Shown: piece by piece, positions 54,220 through 64,000 of the stretch
How positions within the stretch are numbered: the stretch's first letter is position 1
How the letters are laid out: each line of letters opens with the position of its first letter
Source: Rhodospirillales bacterium
Lineage (GTDB): Bacteria > Pseudomonadota > Alphaproteobacteria > Rhodospirillales > Defluviicoccaceae
Assembly: GCA_016793875.1 (NCBI GenBank)
Contig: JAEULG010000025.1
Span: 1,252 to 65,251 of the forward strand
DNA length: 64,000 nucleotides
Direction of reading: 5' to 3'
Program-made: the position numbers and the translations under genes
Notes under the pieces: generated by a model
Database searches by the model: none
What the model saw: the letters and a program-made list of their open reading frames with translations, nothing else
Told to the model about the DNA's origin: nothing

Positions 54220-55650
54220 ATGGGCCGCATGCAGAGCGGGTCCCGCCTCCCCACATCGCACGCCCCGGAGGTACGGATAGCCTCGCAGCAACTTGGCGGG
54301 GCTGCCTGGCTGAAGCCGCTGGTGGCGCAGATCGCCGCGACCGCATTCTGCATCGCCGACGCCGCTCCCTGCTCCGCGTCTGCATATTTCCTTCGCGAGC
54401 AAAGCGCGGCAGCGATGGGCAACGCCTTCGCCGGATCGGCCGCCGGTGCGGACGATGCGACCTACATGTTTTTCAACGGCGCTGCGCTGGGATTTCTCGA
54501 CGGCAATGCCATCGGCGGCGTCAACAGCATCATGCGATCCTCGGCGCAGCTCGAGCAGGGCACCGCCCGAACCGCGACGGGCGCGCCGGTGGCGGGCAAC
54601 GACGGTGGAGATGCCGGTGGATTGTGGCTGGTACCGGCGCTCTACGGCCTGTGGGACCTCTCGCAAAGCTTCGGCTGGCACGACCCCGTGCGCCTCGGCA
54701 TCGCTATCAATGCCCCTTTCGGCTACGAGACGGAATATCGGGATGGGTGGATCGGCCGCTACTATGCCCTGCAGTCGCGGCTGCGGACCCTTGCCGTCAA
54801 CCCGGTGCTCGCCTGGTCTCCTTTGGCGGGTGTCTCGCTGGCAGCGGGCGCCCAGATTCAGAAAATCGACGCCAAGTTGACCAATGCCATCGACTTCGGC
54901 AGCCTGGGAGCAGCGGCCGGCCTCCCCGGCGCCGTCCCCGGCGGCCAGGACGGCTTCGGCAAGCTGACCGGCAATGACTGGGGGTTTGGCTGGACCTTGG
55001 GCCTGTTGGTGGAACCTCACCCCAGCACCCGCATCGGCGTTAGCTGGCGCTCGGCAGTGCGGCACGAGCTGACAGGCAATGCCCGGCTGCGGCTGGACAG
55101 CGCCGGCATCGGCACCGCCCTCGGGCAGACGGGTGGAACCACCGGCGCCCGGGCGAAGCTGACTACCCCCGATATCGTCACCTTCGGCATTCATCAACGG
55201 CTCGACGCGGCCTGGAGCATCGTCGCCGATGCGAGCTGGACCCGCTGGAGCAGCAGCCGCGTGCTGCGCGTCCACTTCGATGACGGCCGGCCGGCGGATG
55301 TCACCGAGCAGGACTGGCGGGATACCTGGTTCTTCGCCGGCGGCACCAGCGTGCGCCTGGATGACCAGTGGACGCTGCGTTGCGGTATCGGCTGGGACCA
55401 GAGCCCGGGCCGCACGCGCACCCGCTCGCCACGGACACCGGCGAATAGCGGTCTGATGATCGCCGGCGGCGGCAGCTGGCAATTCTCCCCGGCGCTCGGC
55501 CTGAGCTTCGCCTACAGTCATTTCTTCATTGAGAGCGCGCGCATCGACCTGCAGGACAGTGCGCCCGGCAACGGCAACCGCGGCAACCTTTCGGGGTCCT
55601 CCGACAACGGGGTCGATGCCGTCTCCCTGCAGGTCATCTGGAGCTTCTGA
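54220..55650 (+). CDS. fadL: FadL/OmpP1/TodX-family outer-membrane hydrophobic-compound channel
   Basis: REQSAAAMGNAFAG, alternating beta-strand pattern, C-terminal aromatic residue (VIWSF). Start uncertain, with no good SD at 54220. Confidence 0.85.
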   Translation: MGRMQSGSRLPTSHAPEVRIASQQLGGAAWLKPLVAQIAATAFCIADAAPCSASAYFLREQSAAAMGNAFAGSAAGADDATYMFFNGAALGFLDGNAIGGVNSIMRSSAQLEQGTARTATGAPVAGNDGGDAGGLWLVPALYGLWDLSQSFGWHDPVRLGIAINAPFGYETEYRDGWIGRYYALQSRLRTLAVNPVLAWSPLAGVSLAAGAQIQKIDAKLTNAIDFGSLGAAAGLPGAVPGGQDGFGKLTGNDWGFGWTLGLLVEPHPSTRIGVSWRSAVRHELTGNARLRLDSAGIGTALGQTGGTTGARAKLTTPDIVTFGIHQRLDAAWSIVADASWTRWSSSRVLRVHFDDGRPADVTEQDWRDTWFFAGGTSVRLDDQWTLRCGIGWDQSPGRTRTRSPRTPANSGLMIAGGGSWQFSPALGLSFAYSHFFIESARIDLQDSAPGNGNRGNLSGSSDNGVDAVSLQVIWSF

Positions 55651-55680
55651 GCGGCAAACTGCAAAGCTTGGCTGTGCGGC

Positions 55681-56307
55681 TCATGCCGCTCGCGGCAACT
55701 CAGACGCCAGCCGCAGCACCGGTCCGCCGATTCGGTGGTGGCGGCGCAGCCGCCGCAGTTCCTGCCAGGTGACCGGTGCCTGCGCCGCTACCACCGGCAG
55801 CCGTCCAAGCCGCTTCTCGCCACCCAGGCGCCGATAGGTGATGCCGGCGCTGTCGAACGCGGCGGCAATGACCTGCGGCGGCGTCACGAACAGATACGAG
55901 GCGATGCCGCGTGCCAGCCCGAACTCGGCGAAGGCGCAGAGCATCTCGCCCAATGCCTGCTCGCGCGCGGATGCTGCCAGCCCCCGATCGACCCCAAACC
56001 GGGTAATCTCCCAGACGTCATCGGCGCACGGCAGCTGCCCGCCCGCCACCATCTCCGGCCATAACTGCTGGATCATGTATGGCTGGCTGGTGGGGATCAG
56101 CCGGGCAACCGCGCCCGGCTGGCGCTCCTTGTTGCGCCACAGCAGATAAACGGCCGCCGGCGTGTCGAACTGATCCCACTCCAGTCCGCGCCAGCAGCGG
56201 ACCTCGTACTTCTGGCGTTCAACGAAGATGCGGTGGCGCAGCCGGTGCGCAGCCGGCAGGGCATCGCCGAGAAGGTGCGCGGTCTCGAGCGAGAAAGCCT
56301 CGATCAT
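55681..56307 (-). CDS. luxI: Acyl-homoserine-lactone synthase (LuxI family)
   Basis: RHRIFVERQKYEV...EWDQFD...VWEITRFGVD are typical LuxI blocks. 208 aa. Confidence 0.9.
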   Translation of the reverse strand: MIEAFSLETAHLLGDALPAAHRLRHRIFVERQKYEVRCWRGLEWDQFDTPAAVYLLWRNKERQPGAVARLIPTSQPYMIQQLWPEMVAGGQLPCADDVWEITRFGVDRGLAASAREQALGEMLCAFAEFGLARGIASYLFVTPPQVIAAAFDSAGITYRRLGGEKRLGRLPVVAAQAPVTWQELRRLRRHHRIGGPVLRLASELPRAA

Positions 56308-56448
56308 GTCTGCCCCCCTTGGTCGCTATCAGGCGACTGCGAGGGCCCTTCGAGCCGTTTTAGCTGCGGTGCTGTGGGCCGTGCTAGCGGATGGCGCCTG
56401 GATCCGCCGGCGGTGATAGTCCCCAGACGGATCTCTCGCGGTCGCAAA

Positions 56449-56464
56449 TGGGTGTATAAACCCA
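56449..56464. promoter_or_regulatory. Near-perfect 16-bp palindrome upstream of luxI (weak lux-box candidate)
   Basis: tgggtgtataaaccca has 7 of 8 symmetric pairs. It lies in the AT-rich patch 142-157 bp upstream of the luxI ATG. Confidence 0.3.
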
Positions 56465-56547
56465 ATCATCACCACATTGCAACCCCATTTAGGTACATTT
56501 TCTTAACGTGGGGCTCTCCGCCAGCTGGCGGGGTCAGGCGCGTTCCG

Positions 56548-57417
56548 TCAGCTCTGCGTGACCTCGACGTCGACGCTCATGCCGAGCGCGGCGTTGCCCG
56601 GCCCTTCGAACGTCCCCTGCAGCGGCACCGCCTGGCGGGGATCGCGGGTAACGGCAACGCGAATCAGGTTCTCGCCACCGATGATGCCATTGGTGGGGTC
56701 GAACTCGGTCCACCCCGCCCCCGGCAGGAACACCTGCACCCAGGCATGGGTGGCGGCACCGCCAACGAGCGCGCCAGCCGAATCGGAGGCCATGTCGTAG
56801 AGATAGCCCGTGACGAAACGCGCGCCGATGCCGAGCGTCCGCACCGCTTCCATCATCAGCAGGGCGAAGTCGCGGCAGCTGCCGCTGCCAGCAGCCAGGG
56901 TCTCCGTCGGTGTCTGCGTGCCGAACTGGTCACGCGGCTTGTAGGCGAACTGCTGGCGGATCGCGTGGGTGATGCCGATCAGCAACTCCTGGGTGCTGAC
57001 CCGCTCGCCGTCGTAGAAGGTCTTCACCCAGGCATCTAGCCTGCCGTCGGCGTCCGGATAGCGCCGCTCGATGCACGGCATCAGGTCCGGCAGTTCGTCT
57101 GCCGCATACTGGAACGGATAGCTTTCGGCGTTCGAGTCCAGCGAGAAATCGGTCTCCGTGACGCCGTAGTGCTCCAGCCGGAAGTCGCTGTCGAAGCGCA
57201 GCTCGCTCGCCATCTCGGAGAAGGTGGCGACTGCGATCGAGTTGCCGAATACATCGTGCAGCCAGCGCACCTTTGCCGGCGGGGAGATGCTGAGGTTGGT
57301 GTCCAGCAGGCGCATGTCGTGACTGTCCCGCGGCCTGAACATCAGCCGGTGCTCGCCGAACGATACCGGCTGCGCGTAGCTGTAGATCGTCGTGTGGTGA
57401 ACCGTCAGCGTTTTCAT
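56548..57417 (-). CDS. Transglutaminase-like cysteine protease-fold protein
   Basis: Start MKTLTVHHTTIYSY. Catalytic contexts SGSCRDFALL, THAWVQVF, EFDPTNG. Confidence 0.85.
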   Translation of the reverse strand: MKTLTVHHTTIYSYAQPVSFGEHRLMFRPRDSHDMRLLDTNLSISPPAKVRWLHDVFGNSIAVATFSEMASELRFDSDFRLEHYGVTETDFSLDSNAESYPFQYAADELPDLMPCIERRYPDADGRLDAWVKTFYDGERVSTQELLIGITHAIRQQFAYKPRDQFGTQTPTETLAAGSGSCRDFALLMMEAVRTLGIGARFVTGYLYDMASDSAGALVGGAATHAWVQVFLPGAGWTEFDPTNGIIGGENLIRVAVTRDPRQAVPLQGTFEGPGNAALGMSVDVEVTQS

Positions 57418-57534
57418 GGGAGTCTTTCCTACCGGCCCGGGCGTCGACCGCGGCGAGATGGGCCATCGCGGAGTCCCGCCAGCCGGCATCAAGAATGGCC
57501 GGTGTGGAGAAGAAGCCTCCTCACGGCGTCAGGG

Positions 57535-58095
57535 TCAAGATGCCGGCCGGCTGAAACCTGCGGCGGCAATGCCGCCGGGTCCTCGGCCGAGCCGTCGGAT
57601 GAGGTAGCAAGCTTGCGCCCCATAGGCCGCAAGCTTGTCTGGCGGTATGAGTTCGCCAGTCTCCTGGAAGCCGAACCGGCGCCACAGCCGCGCGGTGCCG
57701 TAAGCGGCCACCAACCCGATGGCGGGCCACCCGCGGGCAACCGCGACGGCCTCGGCCTCCGCCATGAAGGCAGCGCCGGCGCCGTGGCCCCGCGCCTCCG
57801 GGAGCACCGCGACGTCGTGAACGAACAGGCAGTCGGGGGTGGCCGGCAAGCCGCCGAGGAACGCGTCGAGTGCCGGCGGCCCGGCCAGCAGCCACGGATG
57901 GGCGAGCGCGTAGCCGCATATTGCCTCTTCGACCATCAGCTTCCGGCAACCGGCCGGAAACAGCCGCTGCTTCTCCGCCAGCACCTCCAGCCGTTCGGGC
58001 AGAGCCGGGTGCACCTGCGCCGCGATCGCTCCCACCGCGTCCATGTCAGCCTCCTGCAGCGGCTGCCAGACGATGCTTGCTGCGGTGTCATGCAT
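57535..58095 (-). CDS. GNAT-family N-acetyltransferase
   Basis: AVLPEARGHGAGAAFM acetyl-CoA binding motif. 186 aa. Confidence 0.8.
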   Translation of the reverse strand: MHDTAASIVWQPLQEADMDAVGAIAAQVHPALPERLEVLAEKQRLFPAGCRKLMVEEAICGYALAHPWLLAGPPALDAFLGGLPATPDCLFVHDVAVLPEARGHGAGAAFMAEAEAVAVARGWPAIGLVAAYGTARLWRRFGFQETGELIPPDKLAAYGAQACYLIRRLGRGPGGIAAAGFSRPAS

Positions 58096-58172
58096 CCCTG
58101 CTTCACCTCGCCTTGCCCGCAGCGGTCAAAACCTGCCGGAACGGGGCGTGTCCGAGCGGCGTACGGATAATT

Positions 58173-58252
58173 GGTGTGGTTCGCTTTCGCTCAGCCATCC
58201 TGCAACGCCCTTCCGTCCTGTAGGGTGCCGGTGAGCGAAAGCGAACCACACC
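58173..58252. repeat. Perfect 21-bp inverted repeat with 38-nt spacer
   Basis: ggtgtggttcgctttcgctca (58173-93) is the exact reverse complement of tgagcgaaagcgaaccacacc (58232-52). Located in the divergent GNAT/leuA intergenic region. Confidence 0.9.
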
Positions 58253-58643
58253 GGGGCCATCCACCCACGCGGTTTCGCTCATCATGCCTCAGCCGTTGCC
58301 CAAGAGGGGGCCGGACAATCTTGTTGACAGCGGATCGCGATCCATATTCTCTTCCGTTGCCGGGCAAAGCGGCTGTTGCAGCATGTGATGTGCCCTGTTC
58401 AGGACGGTGAGTGGTGATGGACAACGACGCAACGCGTCGCACGAGGGCACAGGCAGTGGCGATGCGAATCGCTGCAGTGCGCCGCGCCGTCGGTCAATCG
58501 CTGCCGCTGATCTGCGAGCCCCTTCGACTTAGGTACCCCTGAACCGCGACCGACCGGAGCCATCTGGCTTGGAAGGCTGTGTTCAGGGGAACAAGCATGC
58601 GATCGCCGGCTGTTTGTGACACCTAAGACCGAAGGACAATCCA

Positions 58644-60200
<1,557 letters not shown>

Positions 60201-60246
60201 TCGCGCGAGCGAAAACGACCATCCTCCCGCCGCTGTGACGGGTTCC

Positions 60247-60284
60247 CGGGTGCCGGAGGGCTCACTTCGGCACCCGTTCCTTTT
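60247..60284 (+). terminator. Rho-independent terminator of leuA
   Basis: cgggtgccg (60247-55) pairs with cggcacccg (60268-76), followed by ttcctttt. Confidence 0.75.
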
Positions 60285-60286
60285 GA

Positions 60287-61366
<1,080 letters not shown>

Positions 61367-61498
61367 CGGGCGGGTGCTTTGATTTACCCGCCGCCGCTCC
61401 CTATCCTGATACTGGTACGCAGCGCTCTCGTGGGAAGGTGACCGCGGCGGGCGCTGCCCTCCCCGCACCGGGTGCGACGCCAGGACCGAACACCGCCC

Positions 61499-62428
61499 AT
61501 GCCGCCAGGCCTGAAGTCCATTGCCCATTGGCTGGTCTACGCCGGCCTCATCATGTTCGCCGGCGGCCTGATCCTGCTGGGCAAGGCCGATGCGGTGCTG
61601 GTCGAACGCCTGCGGATGCAAGTGAGCGACCCTCTAGCCCCTGTTCTCAATGCCTTATCGCGCCCGGCCGATTTTGCCGCTGATGGTCTCGACCGGGTTC
61701 GCGGCTGGGTGGGTGTGACCGAGGAGAACGAGCGGCTGCGCCGGGAACGCGACGACCTGCTGCTCTGGCGGGCTGCCGCCAAGCACCTGGAGGCGGAGAA
61801 CGCTGGGCTACGCCGGCTTCTCAACTATGTTCCCGATCCGGAAGCGAGCTATCGCTCTGCCCGCATCATCGCCGATTCGTCGGGTGTGTTCGCCCAGAGC
61901 GTCATGGTGAACGCCGGCACCCTCGCCGGTGTCGCCAAGGGGCAGATCGTTCTCGACGGCGCCGGCGTCGTCGGGCGCATCGTCGGCGTGTCTGGTCGGG
62001 CCGGCCGGGTGCTGCTGCTGACGGATCTGAATTCTCGGGTGCCGGTGTTCGTCGGACCTGAGCGCCATCGCGCCGTCCTTGCCGGCGACAACAGCGAGAC
62101 GCCGAAGCTCATCCACGTCGTGCCCGGGGAGACGATTAAAGTCGGCGACGACGTCGTCACGTCCGGGATCGCTGGCGGCTTTCCTCCAGGACTGCCGGTA
62201 GGCATCGTCGTGACCGTCGATGACCGGCACATCACCGTCGCGCTGAACACCGATCGCGACCGGCTCGAATATGTCCGCATCGCCGACTTCGGCATCGCCA
62301 CAGGCGATGTACCGCTGCCGGGGCGGTCTCCCGCGGCAGCATCGAGACCTGCCCGACCGGCGGCAGCCAATCAGAAGGACGGCGGTCCGATCGGCGCGCC
62401 ACCGGCACAGCGCGCCGACGCCCGATGA
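61499..62428 (+). CDS. mreC: Rod-shape-determining protein MreC
   Basis: N-terminal TM, coiled coil (ENERLRRERDDLLLWRAAAKHLEAENAGLRRLL) and beta-barrel domains. ATG at 61499 is chosen; the track start at 61472 is GTG. Confidence 0.85.
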   Translation: MPPGLKSIAHWLVYAGLIMFAGGLILLGKADAVLVERLRMQVSDPLAPVLNALSRPADFAADGLDRVRGWVGVTEENERLRRERDDLLLWRAAAKHLEAENAGLRRLLNYVPDPEASYRSARIIADSSGVFAQSVMVNAGTLAGVAKGQIVLDGAGVVGRIVGVSGRAGRVLLLTDLNSRVPVFVGPERHRAVLAGDNSETPKLIHVVPGETIKVGDDVVTSGIAGGFPPGLPVGIVVTVDDRHITVALNTDRDRLEYVRIADFGIATGDVPLPGRSPAAASRPARPAAANQKDGGPIGAPPAQRADAR

Positions 62429-62940
62429 CCCCTGCCATCTGGAGCAGACTGGATGTGATCGCCCGGCGGCTGCTTCCGGCGGCGCTGACAGCAGCTCTGG
62501 TGCTGGCCGCCGCTCTGCCCTTGCACTCGACCGCCGCCCGGGCGATGGCGCCGTCGCTGCCACTGATCGCCGTCTTCTTCTGGACGCTGTACCGCCCGGA
62601 TCTGATGCCGGCGGTGGCGGTCTTTGTCATCGGGCTGCTGTGGGACGTGTTCGCCGGGCTACCGATCGGCATCGGTGCGACCGTCCTGGTAGGGGTGCAC
62701 GCCATCGCTACCCTTCAGCGGTCGTTCTTCAACGGCAAGTCCTTCACCGTCCTGTGGCTGGGATTCGCCGTTCTCGCCGCCGCCGCCCTCATTCTCTGCT
62801 GGCTGATGACCTGCCTCTACTACGTCACCCTGATCACGCCGGCGCGTGTTCTGTTTCAGATCGTCACCACCGTCGGCGTCTTCCCGATCCTCTGCTGGCT
62901 CCTGGTGCGTTGCCAGGGCCTGCTGCCGGAGCAAACCTGA
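62425..62940 (+). CDS. mreD: Rod-shape-determining protein MreD
   Basis: 171-aa polytopic protein. ATGA overlap with the mreC stop. Canonical position. Confidence 0.8.
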   Translation: MTPAIWSRLDVIARRLLPAALTAALVLAAALPLHSTAARAMAPSLPLIAVFFWTLYRPDLMPAVAVFVIGLLWDVFAGLPIGIGATVLVGVHAIATLQRSFFNGKSFTVLWLGFAVLAAAALILCWLMTCLYYVTLITPARVLFQIVTTVGVFPILCWLLVRCQGLLPEQT

Positions 62941-62944
62941 CCCA

Positions 62945-64000
62945 ATGGCCCGCGATCTCGACCGGCAGCGGCAATTCACCCGCCGGGCGCTGCTGATCGG
63001 CGGCGGACAGGCGGCTTTGCTGACGGCGCTCGCCGGCCGCCTCTACTATCTGCAGGTGATCGAGTCCGAGCGCTACCTGACGCTGGCCGATGACAACCGT
63101 ATCAACCTGCGGCTGATCGCCCCGGCCCGCGGACGCATTCTCGACCGCCACGGCTGCCCTCTCGCCATCAACCGCCAGGAATTCCGCGTCATTCTCACCG
63201 CTGAGCAGGCGGGCGATATCGACGCGACGCTGGATGCTCTCGCGGCGTTGATTCCGCTCAGCGAGGCGGATCGCAGGCGGGCGCTGCGCGACATCGCCCG
63301 CCAGCGCCGCTTCCTGCCGGTGACCGTGCGCGACGACCTCGGCTGGGATGACGTCGCCCGCATCGAGGTCAACGCGCTCGACCTTCCCGGCATCGCCGTC
63401 GAGGAGGGGCAGAGCCGGGAATACCCCTACGGCGAGCGGCTGTCGCACGTTCTCGGCTATGTCGGCCCGGTATCGGAGGCGGAAGCCGGGGAGAGCGACC
63501 CGCTGCTGCAGCTTCCCGGCTTCCGCATCGGCAAGAGCGGGGTCGAGAAGACCTACGAGGCGTCCCTGCGCGGCATCGGCGGCACCTCGCAGGTGGAAGT
63601 GAACGCCGTCGGCCGGCCGATCCGCGAACTCGATCGCAATGACGCCCAATCCGGGGCGGACCTAACTCTTGCCCTCGACCTGGACCTGCAGGAGGTGGCG
63701 GTGAAGAGCCTCGGCGATGAGAGCGGCGCCGCGGTCGCCCTCGACATCGCCACCGGCGAGGTGCTGGCGATGGCGTCCACCCCGGGCTACGATCCAGCCG
63801 CGTTCAACCGCGGCCTGACGGCTGAGGAATGGAAGGCGCTGACCTCCGATCCAAAGGCACCGCTGGCCAACAAGGCGATCGCCGGACTTTACGCGCCGGG
63901 TTCGACGTTCAAGCCGGTTGTGGCGCTGGCCGCTCTGGAGCGCGGCGTGATCACCCCGGCAACGAGGGTCTTCTGCCCGGGCGACTTCCGTCTCGGCAAT
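62945..64000 (+). CDS. mrdA: Penicillin-binding protein 2 (elongasome transpeptidase), N-terminal 352 codons; runs off the right edge
   Basis: Absent from the ORF track (no stop in the window). MARDLDRQRQFTRRALLIGG..., RGRILDRHG, and SxxK active site GSTFKPV near the window end. Confidence 0.9.
   Translation, partial: MARDLDRQRQFTRRALLIGGGQAALLTALAGRLYYLQVIESERYLTLADDNRINLRLIAPARGRILDRHGCPLAINRQEFRVILTAEQAGDIDATLDALAALIPLSEADRRRALRDIARQRRFLPVTVRDDLGWDDVARIEVNALDLPGIAVEEGQSREYPYGERLSHVLGYVGPVSEAEAGESDPLLQLPGFRIGKSGVEKTYEASLRGIGGTSQVEVNAVGRPIRELDRNDAQSGADLTLALDLDLQEVAVKSLGDESGAAVALDIATGEVLAMASTPGYDPAAFNRGLTAEEWKALTSDPKAPLANKAIAGLYAPGSTFKPVVALAALERGVITPATRVFCPGDFRLGN

Noticed and set aside
58417-58542. 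41-aa ORF (MDNDATRRTRAQAVAMRIAAVRRAVGQSLPLICEPLRLRYP) as a leucine attenuation leader peptide for leuA
   Set aside because: It has no run of consecutive Leu codons, and no terminator/antiterminator pair with a U tract follows it.

Overview
High-GC chromosomal segment (third codon positions are almost all G/C) with alphaproteobacterial hallmarks: ETF/fixBCX genes, ribF-ileS-lspA-DUF3035, yqeY-dnaG-rpoD, carA, leuA, mreBCD-mrdA and LuxI/LuxR. I support about 58 protein genes and one tRNA (anticodon CAT). I saw no rRNA, CRISPR array, transposase, integrase or phage genes. All family assignments rest on motifs read by eye and on remembered family sequences; no search was run. Start codons are chosen from SD/overlap logic and several are uncertain. 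The most unusual region is 1-12898 on the minus strand. It holds eleven tightly packed, mostly overlap-coupled genes in this order: an NDMA/mycofactocin-type methanol dehydrogenase-like Fe-ADH, a MoxR ATPase, a VWA protein, a SAM methyltransferase, a radical-SAM/SPASM enzyme that looks like the mycofactocin maturase MftC, two TMADH/dienoyl-CoA-reductase-family flavoproteins, then ETF-alpha, FixC, FixX and ETF-beta. No mftA/mftB/mftD/mftE genes are visible in the window, and the ETF genes are in a non-canonical order. Other accessory features: a GT2/GT2/aminotransferase/acetyltransferase sugar cluster; a type III PKS overlapping an ICMT-family methyltransferase; a 74-aa Cys-rich internally duplicated mini-protein next to the tRNA; a luxR-fadL-luxI quorum-sensing locus; a palindrome-rich 613-bp divergent region beside an XRE regulator and a GH17 glucan-synthase-like gene; a triple 14-bp tandem repeat upstream of the ADH; and a perfect 21-bp inverted repeat upstream of leuA. 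Many long ORFs in the six-frame track are antisense shadows of real genes, as expected at this GC content, and were rejected.
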